A DNA stretch of 64,000 bases from a virus. The notes beneath the pieces were generated by a model, which was not told where the DNA came from, did not search any database, and was given only the letters and a program-made list of their open reading frames with translations. Location of the stretch: IMG/VR virus record IMGVR_UViG_3300022752_000022, positions 1-64,000 of that record; one strand, written 5' to 3'. Each line of letters starts with the position of its first letter. Position 1 is the first letter of the stretch. The translations under genes and the position numbers were made by a program. This document shows positions 1 to 10,095 of this stretch, in pieces.

Positions 1-330
1 AACTGTTGCAAATGCTAGAACAACAGCAGCATCAGCAAATGGAGCTTCAACCATTGTTGCTAGAGATGCTTCAGGATCTTTTAGTGCTAATCTTATAACA
101 GCAACAACATTTTCTGGTTCTGGAGCAGCTTTAACATCACTTGATGGATCTCAAGTCACAACTGGAACTGTTGCAAATGCTAGAACAACAGCAGCATCAG
201 CAAATGGAGCTTCAACCATTGTTGCTAGAGATGCTTCAGGATCTTTTAGTGCTAATCTTATAACAGCAACAACATTTTCTGGTTCTGGAGCATCTTTAAC
301 AAGTATTCCTAATTCAGCAACAACAGCAGC
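1..330 (+). repeat. 165-bp (55-aa) coding tandem repeat
   Basis: aactgttgcaaatgctagaacaacagcagcatcagcaaatgg occurs at nt 1 and nt 166, with near-identical continuation for ~135 bp. Confidence 0.85.
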
Positions 331-1309
331 ATCAGCAAATGGAGCTTCAACCATTGTCGCTAGAGATGCTTCAGGTGCATTTAGTGCTGAAGTAATCACA
401 GCAACATCATTTAGTGGTTCTGGAGCATCTTTAACATCATTACCAGCAGGACAACTTAGCGGAACAATACCTAGCGGTGTATTAGGTAATTCATCTTTAT
501 TTGTTGGTACAACTTCTATAGCATTAAACAGAACAACTGCAAATCAAGGCTTAACTGGCATTTCAAGTATTGCAATGCCTGGCAGTTCAAGTGGAACAGT
601 GACAATTCAACCAACTGCTACAGCAGGAACAACAACTATAACATTTCCTGCAACAACAGGTACAGTAGTTACAACAGGTGACAGTGGCACCGTAACAAGC
701 ACAATGATTGCTGATGGTACCATTGTCAATGGCGACATTAGTGCTAGTGCTGCTATTTCAACAAGTAAAATTTCAGGTTTAGCATCATCAGCGACAACAG
801 ATACTACAAATGCATCAAACATTTCATCAGGAACACTTGCAGTTGCTAGAGGTGGTACAGGACTTACATCAACTCCCGCAAATGGCGCTTTAGACATTGG
901 TAACGGAACGGGGTTTACTCGAACTACACTAACTGCGGGTTCAGGGGTTAGCATTACAAATGGCGCTGGGGCGATCACAATTGCCGCAACAGGTTCCGGC
1001 GGAACTGTGACATCTGTAGGCATGACTGTGCCATCATTTCTTTCAGTTACAGGGACGCCTATTACAGGCAGTGGTACGTTGGCGGTGTCCTTGTCAGGCA
1101 CGGCATTACCTGTTGCTAATGGTGGCACAGGTAGGACTAGTCTCACGGAAAACAACGTCATTTTGGGCAATGGCACATCTGCTGTGAATTTTGTCGCACC
1201 GAGTACTGCGGGGAATGTGTTGACCTCCAACGGGACGACTTGGGTAAGTCAGGCAGCATCCGGGGGAGCGCAGGCTTTCGTCGCGTTCGGAACTACAGGC
1301 GGATTTTAA
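2..1309 (+). CDS. Tail fibre-like protein, 5'-truncated by the window edge
   Basis: The frame from nt 2 reads TVANARTTAASANGASTIVARDASGSF repeats and is in frame with ORF 575..1309. Gly/Thr/Ser-rich, with LAVARGGTG / LPVANGGTG fibre motifs. Confidence 0.8.
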   Translation, partial: TVANARTTAASANGASTIVARDASGSFSANLITATTFSGSGAALTSLDGSQVTTGTVANARTTAASANGASTIVARDASGSFSANLITATTFSGSGASLTSIPNSATTAASANGASTIVARDASGAFSAEVITATSFSGSGASLTSLPAGQLSGTIPSGVLGNSSLFVGTTSIALNRTTANQGLTGISSIAMPGSSSGTVTIQPTATAGTTTITFPATTGTVVTTGDSGTVTSTMIADGTIVNGDISASAAISTSKISGLASSATTDTTNASNISSGTLAVARGGTGLTSTPANGALDIGNGTGFTRTTLTAGSGVSITNGAGAITIAATGSGGTVTSVGMTVPSFLSVTGTPITGSGTLAVSLSGTALPVANGGTGRTSLTENNVILGNGTSAVNFVAPSTAGNVLTSNGTTWVSQAASGGAQAFVAFGTTGGF

Positions 1310-1327
1310 TTAAGTAAAGGAAATATA

Positions 1328-1888
1328 ATGGCTCAAACTATTGCACTTCAACGAGGATATACTAGTACAGCCGCGAGTGGTGGTAATGTGACATTGTTCA
1401 CCCAAAGTGGCGGAATAGCAACAAGAGTAATTGTGAATAATTTATCCGTTTGTGTAAGCCCAAGTGCCTATTACACAAATTATGTTCCGGGAATTCTGGT
1501 CAATGTAGCTCAATCCGGAGGAGGTTCTTACGTAATTGGGCATGCAAAAGTCCAAACTTGGAGTGGTTATTCGGCCATGCAGTTCCTACCATATGGCCCA
1601 GACAATGTGTTCATTACACAACATACTGGATATTTCCCTATGATTCTTATCGGCTACTCAAGTACTAGTGGGGTCGGAAATGCAAGTCTTAGTGGTGGTT
1701 TTAGTAGTAATGTACAAATTTCCTCCGGTAATAGTTACATCTACTCTGGCATAGCATCGAATTTTTATATAGGTCCGAATGATAGTGTGCAAATCAGGGT
1801 CTATGCTCAATACGGTGACGCTTATAGTGGTATTTATCCCTGTACTGCGTATATATACTATTCATTCACAACGATCACTGAATCTTAG
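1328..1888 (+). CDS. Putative fibre tip/receptor-binding accessory protein
   Basis: 186 aa, rich in beta-strand residues and Tyr/Gly/Ser; directly follows the fibre gene; AAGGA RBS. Confidence 0.55.
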   Translation: MAQTIALQRGYTSTAASGGNVTLFTQSGGIATRVIVNNLSVCVSPSAYYTNYVPGILVNVAQSGGGSYVIGHAKVQTWSGYSAMQFLPYGPDNVFITQHTGYFPMILIGYSSTSGVGNASLSGGFSSNVQISSGNSYIYSGIASNFYIGPNDSVQIRVYAQYGDAYSGIYPCTAYIYYSFTTITES

Positions 1889-1897
1889 GAGGCGCTC

Positions 1898-2206
1898 ATG
1901 TATACTTTGATTTTCGAGAAAGAGTCGAAATTAATCCTGCAAACACGACTTGATGTTTCGACGGGAATAAAAATGACACTACAGGAAATCTTAGATCATT
2001 TTTGTAAAGATAATGCAGTAAATAAGGAAACCATCGAAATCGTTGAAACAACAGCGAAAGATACGCAAGTAATAATCGGTAAGCACGCGTACAATAAATC
2101 CAATGATTCGATAGAAGTACACTCTGCATGGCGAGAACCACCAAGACTAGCCGAATCGGGCATCCCTACGACCGATTTGTCAAATAATCAAACAACGGAG
2201 GAATAA
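1898..2206 (+). CDS. Hypothetical protein, possible fibre assembly chaperone
   Basis: AGGAGG RBS; lies downstream of the fibre genes. Confidence 0.55.
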   Translation: MYTLIFEKESKLILQTRLDVSTGIKMTLQEILDHFCKDNAVNKETIEIVETTAKDTQVIIGKHAYNKSNDSIEVHSAWREPPRLAESGIPTTDLSNNQTTEE

Positions 2207-2208
2207 AA

Positions 2209-2610
2209 ATGTCATATCCAGAAATATCTGTAAGTTGCGTCGCCGCTGTGTATGTGCGGCAAATGCATTTTAAGAAAGCCGGTGACGTGGAGACGGGTCA
2301 CGCCCATTGTTTTGATCATCAGACGCTCGTGTCAAAAGGTAGCGTACAAATCGAGGTCGAAGGAAAGAAAACTATTTTTAAAGCTCCTCACATCGTGTTT
2401 ATTAGGAAGGACATTGTTCACGAGTTGACCGCTCTAGAAGATGACACGGTAGTATATTGTATTCATGCTCTACGCGATGGTCCTGACGTGTGCGATATAA
2501 TCGACCCGGCTTCAATTCCCTTGGGAGCTAAAGGGGAAGAAGCATTCGTCGTAGCTAAAAGCCTTACTCATACAAATGAGTCGATCAAAACGCCACATCT
2601 TGGTGGATAA
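2209..2610 (+). CDS. Cupin-domain protein
   Basis: GHAHCFDHQTLVSKG and HELTALED His motifs typical of cupin barrels. Confidence 0.75.
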   Translation: MSYPEISVSCVAAVYVRQMHFKKAGDVETGHAHCFDHQTLVSKGSVQIEVEGKKTIFKAPHIVFIRKDIVHELTALEDDTVVYCIHALRDGPDVCDIIDPASIPLGAKGEEAFVVAKSLTHTNESIKTPHLGG

Positions 2611-2700
2611 AAGTGCCGGAAATAATCTTAAATAGAGGGTTTTTAACGAATGAAGAATGTAAAGCGCTTAACTATTAGGAAATAAAAGAAAGGAACAAAA

Positions 2701-2853
2701 ATGAAATTGATATTACCAATTGAATTAAAGCGTATTGATGCTGGCGACTGGAGTGGCGCTGCCGATCAGTGTCTGTTGTGGAATAAAGCCGCTGGCAGGG
2801 TTTTGCCAGGTTTAACACGACGTCGTGCTGCCGAAGCTGCTTTAATGCAATAA
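2701..2853 (+). pseudogene. C-terminal remnant of a GH24 (P21-type) lysozyme/endolysin
   Basis: Hand translation MKLILPIELKRIDAGDWSGAADQCLLWNKAAGRVLPGLTRRRAAEAALMQ. The W-x-K-A-x-G-x-VLPGLTRRR-x-x-E tail is characteristic of GH24 endolysins; the catalytic N-terminal part is absent. Confidence 0.75.
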
Positions 2854-2883
2854 CTATGTTTTATTTACAACTGGAGGTTTACA

Positions 2884-2961
2884 ATGGCAACATCCAAGCC
2901 TGTTTGGGAAAAACAGCGACCAAAGTCATTAGGTAAACCAAAGTCTTTGTCGCCGCAGTAA
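2884..2961 (+). pseudogene. Probably truncated small basic phage protein
   Basis: Strong GGAGGT RBS followed by only 25 codons (MATSKPVWEKQRPKSLGKPKSLSPQ*). Confidence 0.4.
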
Positions 2962-3093
2962 AAGCGCCGGATAGTCTTGCATCAAACTTATGTTCTTTGA
3001 TGGTGGCGGTGTCATCCTTGTTATTCCCGACAGATCATTTTCTGGTTCGCCCATGATAGATACGCCATTTGGAGGTTGACTAAACTCCAAGAT

Positions 3094-3101
3094 TATAAAT
3101 A
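3094..3101 (+). promoter_or_regulatory. T4-type late promoter
   Basis: TATAAATA upstream of gp13. Confidence 0.85.
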
Positions 3102-3127
3102 GCCATGATACATTCTAAGGATTTTAC

Positions 3128-3871
3128 ATGGCTAAACCCACCACCAGAGAAGAATTCAAAGAGCATTGTCTACGCAGACTAGGCAAACCCGTTCTAGAAA
3201 TTAATGTTGATGATGACCAGATTGAAGATCGGATTGACGAAGCGTTAGCGTACTATCACGACTATCATTTTGATGGCACCGAAAAAGTTTTTCTTGCTCA
3301 TCAAATAACACAACAAGATATAGACAACAAATATCTTTCAATACCTGAAGCTGTTATCGGCATCATCAATATTTTTGACGTTGGTGATTCTTATTCAACA
3401 AATAATCTATTCAATATTCGGTATCAAATCGCATTGAATGATCTTTTCGCATTCAACTATGGCCCTTTTGCGCCATACTACATGGCACTTCAAAATGTAG
3501 CACTCGCTGAAGAATTGTTTGTAGGAAGACAAGCATTGAGATATAATAGACACATTAATAAACTTTATATTGATATGGCGTGGGGTGAAAAAGTACAAGT
3601 GAACGAATATATCATTATTGAAGCTTATCAGAAAGTAGATCCTGAAACATATTCCGACGTTTGGTCTGATCGTTGGCTTCAAAAATATGCTACATCACTT
3701 ATCAAAAAACAATGGGGTGAAAATCTGAAAAAATTTGAGGGTTTACAAATGCCTGGTGGTTTGACGTTCAACGGTCAAAAAATCTGGGATGAAGCGGTTG
3801 ATGAACTCACAGCACTTGAAGCTGAAATGATTAGTTCATATAGTCTTCCAGTTTCAGATATGATCGGCTAA
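3128..3871 (+). CDS. gp13: Neck protein gp13
   Basis: CLRRLGKPVLEINVDDDQIEDRIDEAL and KKQWGENLKKFEGLQMPGG motifs; synteny. Confidence 0.93.
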   Translation: MAKPTTREEFKEHCLRRLGKPVLEINVDDDQIEDRIDEALAYYHDYHFDGTEKVFLAHQITQQDIDNKYLSIPEAVIGIINIFDVGDSYSTNNLFNIRYQIALNDLFAFNYGPFAPYYMALQNVALAEELFVGRQALRYNRHINKLYIDMAWGEKVQVNEYIIIEAYQKVDPETYSDVWSDRWLQKYATSLIKKQWGENLKKFEGLQMPGGLTFNGQKIWDEAVDELTALEAEMISSYSLPVSDMIG

Positions 3872-3874
3872 AAA

Positions 3875-4720
3875 ATGGCACGCAATCGGTATTTCAATCA
3901 ATATGGTACACCGAGTGAGCAAAACGTTTACGAAGATTTGATCATTGAAGCAATTAAAATTTACGGTGTTCCGGCATACTATCTTCCACGAACACATGTT
4001 AATTTAGATAAACTTTACGGTGAAGATGGTTCTATGTATTTTGATGATGCTATAGAAATTGAAATGTACATTAAAACTTTTGACGGTTTTCAAGGTCAGC
4101 TTGATTTTATATCAAAGTTCGGTCTTCAAGTCGATGAGCAGATTACATTTTCTTTGGTAAAGAAAAGATTTCAACAAGCAATGAAGCCATGCTTGATGAC
4201 AGAATATAATTACAATTTAATTTTAGAAGATAGTGGAGAAATTTTGTATCAGAATGAAATGCTTTCTGATACAGACGGAAGAAAAATTGATGATTATGAT
4301 TATTCTGGTATATATAGACCACGAGAAGGTGATCTCATATGGTTGCCTCTAGTTCAGTCTATGTACGAAATCAAATTTTGTGAGGATAACGAATACTTTT
4401 TTCAATTAGGAAAAACTTATACATACGAATTACGTTGCGATAGATTTGATTACTCTTCTGAAATTATTGATACAGATGTTTCTGAAATTGATGAAATAGA
4501 GGATTCTTACAGTCTTGCTACAAATATTCTTGATGAATTGCTTGATGAAGATGGTGACAAGATGCTTCTTGAAGATTCAAATACAATCATTCTTGAAGGT
4601 GATACATTTGAAAATAGGGCAAATACAGCAGATAACGATTTCATCACATCAGAGGTAAATGATGATGATATTCTAGATTTCAGTGAAGCGAATCCTTTTG
4701 CTTTGACAAAGGAGTGGTAA
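3875..4720 (+). CDS. gp14: Neck protein gp14
   Basis: EQNVYEDLIIEAIKIYG..YYLPR, RPREGDLIW, FFQLGK and terminal DFSEANPF motifs. Confidence 0.92.
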   Translation: MARNRYFNQYGTPSEQNVYEDLIIEAIKIYGVPAYYLPRTHVNLDKLYGEDGSMYFDDAIEIEMYIKTFDGFQGQLDFISKFGLQVDEQITFSLVKKRFQQAMKPCLMTEYNYNLILEDSGEILYQNEMLSDTDGRKIDDYDYSGIYRPREGDLIWLPLVQSMYEIKFCEDNEYFFQLGKTYTYELRCDRFDYSSEIIDTDVSEIDEIEDSYSLATNILDELLDEDGDKMLLEDSNTIILEGDTFENRANTADNDFITSEVNDDDILDFSEANPFALTKEW

Positions 4721-5461
4721 ATGATATTCGGGCATGATTTTTATCACGGCACACTCAGACGCTACATTATAATGTTTGGAAACATTTTCAATGAACTCCA
4801 AGTTGAAAGATATGATTCAAGCGGTAACGTTATACAAAAAGTAAATGTTCCAATTGAATACGGACCTAAACAAAAATTTATCCGAAGAGTTACAACAGAT
4901 CCTCAAATTGGCAGAGAACAATTTAGCACACAGTTGCCTAGACTAGGATTTGAAATGACTTCAATTTCATATGCGCCGGCGAGAAAATTAAACACAGGAT
5001 TTAAACTTAAGAAAAATTTAGATCCTGATTCCGTAAATTTTTCAAGCACTTACGTACCAGTTCCATATGACATGAGTTTTTCTTTAAGCGTACTTGTAAG
5101 AAACGCTGAAGATGGTACACAAATTGTTGAAAAAATTTTACCATTTTTCACACCAGATTTCACTGTGACAATGAAAGCGTTGCCAAGCATGTCATTAAAT
5201 CTTGATGTGCCGATAGAATTAGTGACAATTTCATCTGAAGATACTTACGAAGGTGATTTTGATTCACGTAGAGTGATTTCATGGAATCTAGATTTTGTCG
5301 TAAAAGGATATTTATTTGGTCCAATTACCGCAAATAAGTATATTGCGAATACAACAATTAACTTTAAAAACGACTCAAATAGTGTAACAGAACCAGCCCT
5401 TGTTGCATCTTCTGTTATAACTTCTAACTCAGATTTTGGATTTACAATCGTAACATCATGA
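4721..5461 (+). CDS. gp15: Tail sheath stabiliser/completion protein gp15
   Basis: FYHGTLRRYIIMFGNIFN, VPIEYGPKQKF, QIVEKILPFFTP motifs. Confidence 0.92.
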   Translation: MIFGHDFYHGTLRRYIIMFGNIFNELQVERYDSSGNVIQKVNVPIEYGPKQKFIRRVTTDPQIGREQFSTQLPRLGFEMTSISYAPARKLNTGFKLKKNLDPDSVNFSSTYVPVPYDMSFSLSVLVRNAEDGTQIVEKILPFFTPDFTVTMKALPSMSLNLDVPIELVTISSEDTYEGDFDSRRVISWNLDFVVKGYLFGPITANKYIANTTINFKNDSNSVTEPALVASSVITSNSDFGFTIVTS

Positions 5462-5865
5462 AAAAAACACCAAACGAAAAGATAAGCGATGCCTTGGATA
5501 TTCCTTACTACGAAAAGTCTTCTCAAGAATATTCTGTTACACCTGTTGTGGAAAAACAAGAGGACTCTATTGACGATGATTATCTCTACGCTAGGGAAAA
5601 TCTTAAGCACTTTATTGAAAAAGGTAAAGAGGCTATGGATGAAATCATTCACTTAGCAAAAGAAGTGGAATCACCAAGAGCATATGAAGTTGTCGGTCAA
5701 CTTATTAAAACTTTGTCTGAGACAAATAAAGATTTATTGGATCTTTCTAAAAAAGTCAAAGAATTAAAACAAAAAGATGAAGAAAAACAACCGACTCATG
5801 TGACGAATGCTTTATTTGTTGGCAGCACAGCAGAATTACAAAAGTTGCTCAAAGGCAATGGCTAA
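5458..5865 (+). CDS. gp16: Terminase small subunit gp16
   Basis: DDYLYARENL, SPRAYEVVGQLIK, NALFVGSTAELQKLLK motifs. Confidence 0.92.
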   Translation: MKKTPNEKISDALDIPYYEKSSQEYSVTPVVEKQEDSIDDDYLYARENLKHFIEKGKEAMDEIIHLAKEVESPRAYEVVGQLIKTLSETNKDLLDLSKKVKELKQKDEEKQPTHVTNALFVGSTAELQKLLKGNG

Positions 5866-7501
5866 AAAAATATACTTAGGAAATCCGCTACTCAAAGCTG
5901 CTGGAGTTTCTGTACCATTTACAAAAGAGAACATTCAAGAGTACATAAAATGTTCTGAAGATTATATTTACTTTATTGAAAAATATTGTAAAATTGTCAC
6001 ACTTGATTATGGATTACAACCTTTTAAACTTTATGATTGTCAAAAAGAAAAACTAGATATCATTCATGAGAATCGTAAAGTTATACTCATGGAGCCACGG
6101 CAGCAAGGTAAAACTACAACTTCAGCGGCGTACATACTTTGGTATACTTTATTTCAAGGCAGTAAAACTGTAGCAATTCTAGCGAACAAAGCGACAGCAG
6201 CAAGAGAAGTTTTATCACGATATCAATTGATGTACGAAAATCTTCCACAATGGCTTCAGCAAGGCGTTAAGACATGGAACAAAGGTGACATTGCATTAGA
6301 GAATGGTTCAATTGTTTTCACAGCAGCAACAAGCAGACAAGGTATTCGTGGTAAGTCTGTCAATTTACTGTACGTTGACGAGACTGCGATCATACCAAAT
6401 AACATAGCAGAAGAATTCTTTACAGCGGTTTCGCCAACCATTTCAGCTGGTTCCACAACAAAAATTCTCCTTTCTTCAACTCCTCTCGGCTACAATCATT
6501 TCTGGAAATTCTGGAATGATGCTCAAAACAAACGAAATGATTTTATTCCACTTTTTATACCGTACTGGAAAATTCCTGGGCGTGATGAAAAATGGGCTGA
6601 AGAGCAAAAAAGACAGCTTGGTAATCTTAAATTTAATCAAGAAATTCTTTGTGCATTCTTAGGATCAAGTCTGACACTTATTGATGCTGATTCTATAGCA
6701 CAAATGTCACCATCTTTACCAATTTACAGCAAAGATGGATTAGATATTTACGAAAAAGTAGAAAGAAATGCATCTTACACGCTAGTTGCTGATATTGCAA
6801 AAGGCGTCGGTGGAGACTATTCAGCATTTACTGTGTTGAGAATCGATGAGATGCCTTACAAGCAAGTTGGTAAATTCAGAGATAACACCATCAGTCCACT
6901 TTTATATCCCTCTATGATTTATAAAATTGCTAAAGAATATAACAATGCTTGGGTTCTAATTGAAATCAATATATCTGAACAAGTTGCAGAAATTCTACAT
7001 AGCGAATATGAATATGAAAATATTATTTTTGTGAATCGGACAGCACAGGGCCAAATTGTTTCCGGTGGATTCGGTGGTGGTAAAACTCAGCTTGGTGTGA
7101 CAACTGACAAAAAAGTTAAGAGAGTTGGATGCATGAACTTTAAGTCATTAGTTGAAGGTAAAAAATTACTTATTCAAGATGCTGATACAATCGCTGAAAT
7201 TTCAACTTTTATAGAAAAAAGACAAAGTTATTCTGCCGATGAAGGATATCATGATGATTTAGTGATGCCTTTAATTCTTTTTTCATGGCTAACAACAAAT
7301 CCATACTTTAAAGAATTAACAAATATAAATATAAGAAAAGAGTTGTATGAGCAGCGTATGAAGACAATTGAAGATGAAATTACGCCATTTGGAATAATTA
7401 ACGATGGTCGTGAAGAAAATATAATTATTGATGGTTCCGGTCAAGTTTGGGAAATTGATAGAGAAATGGAAAGACAGGAAAAAAACTTTTTTAGGCTATA
7501 A
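5858..7501 (+). CDS. gp17: Terminase large subunit gp17
   Basis: YLGNPLLK N-terminus (likely start 5858), PRQQGKTT Walker A, LLYVDE Walker B, HDDLVM nuclease motif. Confidence 0.96.
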   Translation: MAKKIYLGNPLLKAAGVSVPFTKENIQEYIKCSEDYIYFIEKYCKIVTLDYGLQPFKLYDCQKEKLDIIHENRKVILMEPRQQGKTTTSAAYILWYTLFQGSKTVAILANKATAAREVLSRYQLMYENLPQWLQQGVKTWNKGDIALENGSIVFTAATSRQGIRGKSVNLLYVDETAIIPNNIAEEFFTAVSPTISAGSTTKILLSSTPLGYNHFWKFWNDAQNKRNDFIPLFIPYWKIPGRDEKWAEEQKRQLGNLKFNQEILCAFLGSSLTLIDADSIAQMSPSLPIYSKDGLDIYEKVERNASYTLVADIAKGVGGDYSAFTVLRIDEMPYKQVGKFRDNTISPLLYPSMIYKIAKEYNNAWVLIEINISEQVAEILHSEYEYENIIFVNRTAQGQIVSGGFGGGKTQLGVTTDKKVKRVGCMNFKSLVEGKKLLIQDADTIAEISTFIEKRQSYSADEGYHDDLVMPLILFSWLTTNPYFKELTNINIRKELYEQRMKTIEDEITPFGIINDGREENIIIDGSGQVWEIDREMERQEKNFFRL

Positions 7502-7512
7502 AAGCGCATTTT

Positions 7513-7520
7513 TATAAATA
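7513..7520 (+). promoter_or_regulatory. T4-type late promoter
   Basis: TATAAATA upstream of gp18. Confidence 0.85.
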
Positions 7521-7570
7521 AAATAAATCAAATCGTAAGATTGAATATCATTATAACAAGGAGAATATAA

Positions 7571-9460
7571 ATGGCAATCAGTCTAATTTCACCTGGGGTA
7601 AAAGTTACAGAGAGAGACTTTACTTCCGTTACGCCATCAACCGGCACCGTTGCAGGTGCTTTTACGGGTCAATTTCGTTGGGGTCCAGTGAATGAAGTTA
7701 CTCAAGTAACAAGCGAAAATGAATTAGCGACAATATTTGGTAAACCAAATTCAAATAATATTGTAGATTTTCTATGCGCTGGAAATTTTCTAAATTATAC
7801 TGGAAATCTATATCTTGTTCGTGCAGCAAATACTACAACAGCATTAAATGCTGTAGCAACGGGAGCGGCAACACTTGTCGAAAATACAGACGATTATAAC
7901 AATACAACATCATTTTCTAATGGCTTGTGGATAGCAAAATATCCAGGCGTTTTAGGAAACTCACTTAAAGTTTCCATTTGCTCTTCAGCGAATGCATGGG
8001 AAAACACATTATCAGGCACTTACGCAACGACATCAGGATCCACCTTAGTTATCGGTACAGGTTCAGCGGCGAATACAGAAATGCGTATCGGTGATTTATT
8101 CGTGTGTGAGGGTCGTTCAATTAAAGTTGCGTCTATTACAAATGCAACTCATTTCTCACTCGAAGCAAATTATCCAGTAACATTATCAGGTGTATCAGCA
8201 AAGCGCCGCTGGGAATACTATGACGAATTTGCAGCAGCGCCAGGAACTTCGGCAACAGCAGTTTCAGCAAATGCCCTCTATGACGAAATGCATATTGTTG
8301 TTGTAGATCAAGACGGCGATATTTCAGGCACACTTGGTTTTGTTCTAGAAAAATATGAAGGTGTGTCAAAAGGATCAAACGGAAGATCGCCAGATGGTGG
8401 TACTAACTATTATAAAGATGTGATCAATTCTCGTTCACAATATATTTGGTGGGCTGGGCACGACAATTCAAATACAAATCCAGATTCAGCAACTAATTGG
8501 GGATCGTCTTTAATTAATGCTGGAGCATTTGGTAGAAATTCAAATACCATTAACTTTAGTCTGAGTGGTGGTGCAGATGGTGATAATATATCAAACGCAG
8601 AAAGAATTACTGGATATGATAAATTTGAAAGTAAAGAAGCCATTGATGTTAGTGTTATCATAGCAGGACAATCTTCAAATACGGTGATTAATTCATTGAT
8701 TTCTGATATTGCGGAAATCAGGAAAGATGTAATTATTTGTTTTTCACCACCAAGATCGTATGTAGTTGGCGTTGCATCTCCAATTACAAATCTTGAGACA
8801 TGGTTCGGTGGAATTACACGCTCAACATATGGTTTTGCTGACAGCGGTTGGAAATATCAGTATGATAGATATAACGACACATATGTTTATGTGCCTTTAA
8901 ACGCTGATGTTGCTGGTGTAATTGCAAGAAACGATGAAAGAAGGGATCCTTGGTTGTCACCGGCTGGCACAACAAATGGTGTAATTTCTAATGTTGTAAA
9001 GCTCGCATACAACCCAAGTCAAACTGATCGTGATACACTATATAAATTATCCGTTAATAGTGTATTGAATAAAGTTGGTCGAGGCACAGTTCTTTATGGT
9101 GATAAAACATTCATTACAAAAAATCAATCACTTAATCGCATTAATGTTCGTAAATTGTTTATCGAATTACAAAAAACAATCACAACAACAGCAGAGGCAA
9201 TTCTTTTTGATCAAAATGATGCGGCAACAAGAGCAACATTTGTAAATTTAGTAACACCATATTTAAGAAGTGTTCAAGCAAGAAGGGGTATTGTTGATTT
9301 TAGACTTATATGTAATGAATCAAATAACACTGAAGATATTGTAAACTCAAATGGATTTGTTGCTGATATTTTTGTCCAACCAATTGGATCGATTAACTTT
9401 ATTCAGTTGAATTTTGTTTCTGTTAGAGGTACAGCAGCATTCGCTGAAATCGGTGCCTAA
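7571..9460 (+). CDS. gp18: Tail sheath protein gp18
   Basis: SPGVKVTERD, FRWGPV, KYPGVLGN, WLSPAG, RINVRKLF motifs. Confidence 0.95.
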   Translation: MAISLISPGVKVTERDFTSVTPSTGTVAGAFTGQFRWGPVNEVTQVTSENELATIFGKPNSNNIVDFLCAGNFLNYTGNLYLVRAANTTTALNAVATGAATLVENTDDYNNTTSFSNGLWIAKYPGVLGNSLKVSICSSANAWENTLSGTYATTSGSTLVIGTGSAANTEMRIGDLFVCEGRSIKVASITNATHFSLEANYPVTLSGVSAKRRWEYYDEFAAAPGTSATAVSANALYDEMHIVVVDQDGDISGTLGFVLEKYEGVSKGSNGRSPDGGTNYYKDVINSRSQYIWWAGHDNSNTNPDSATNWGSSLINAGAFGRNSNTINFSLSGGADGDNISNAERITGYDKFESKEAIDVSVIIAGQSSNTVINSLISDIAEIRKDVIICFSPPRSYVVGVASPITNLETWFGGITRSTYGFADSGWKYQYDRYNDTYVYVPLNADVAGVIARNDERRDPWLSPAGTTNGVISNVVKLAYNPSQTDRDTLYKLSVNSVLNKVGRGTVLYGDKTFITKNQSLNRINVRKLFIELQKTITTTAEAILFDQNDAATRATFVNLVTPYLRSVQARRGIVDFRLICNESNNTEDIVNSNGFVADIFVQPIGSINFIQLNFVSVRGTAAFAEIGA

Positions 9461-9486
9461 ATAGAAATAAAAAAAGGAGAAATATA

Positions 9487-10038
9487 ATGACATTTAAGAT
9501 ATCAGATTTTAGAACTGCACTAGGATCGGGTTCAAGACCAAATCTATTTCAAATTAAAGTTACGCTTCCAAATAGTTATGCCGTTACGGGCTTTGAATAT
9601 GTGTGTCGTGCAGCATCACTTCCATCAGCGACAGTTGGATTAATTGAAATCGCAACTGCTGGAGGAAGAAAACTTAAAATGGGCGGCGACAGACAATTTC
9701 CTGAATGGACGACTACCGTATTAAATGACGAAAATTTTATTATTCGTTCACGATTTGAAAAATGGCAAAATGACATCGTGAAAACAAATTATAATTTGAC
9801 AGCTATAGGACAAAGAACGGTTGGTGTGGGAACTTTACTTACAGGTGTGGTTGAAATTTATCAGCTTGATGTTGACGGAAAATCAGTCAAAAACGGTGAA
9901 TGTAAACTAATTAATTGTTGGCCAAGTGATATATCGTCAATCGATCTTTCATATGACACAACAGATGCGGTTGAAGAATTCACTATAACATGGGCATACG
10001 ATTATTATATTTTGAGTAGTAATGCTGTTTTGAGTTAA
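9487..10038 (+). CDS. gp19: Tail tube protein gp19, copy 1
   Basis: GSRPNLF, CRAASLP, GRKLKMGGDRQF..WTTT, IDLSYDT..VEEFTITW motifs. Confidence 0.9.
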   Translation: MTFKISDFRTALGSGSRPNLFQIKVTLPNSYAVTGFEYVCRAASLPSATVGLIEIATAGGRKLKMGGDRQFPEWTTTVLNDENFIIRSRFEKWQNDIVKTNYNLTAIGQRTVGVGTLLTGVVEIYQLDVDGKSVKNGECKLINCWPSDISSIDLSYDTTDAVEEFTITWAYDYYILSSNAVLS

Positions 10039-10065
10039 AATACTAATTTTGAGTTAAAATACTAA
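10028..10065 (+). repeat. 19-bp perfect tandem duplication TTTTGAGTTAAAATACTAA
   Basis: Copies at 10028-10046 and 10047-10065; a degenerate copy lies just upstream. Confidence 0.85.
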
Positions 10066-10095
10066 GATAACTTAAATACTTAAAGGAATAGTGAA

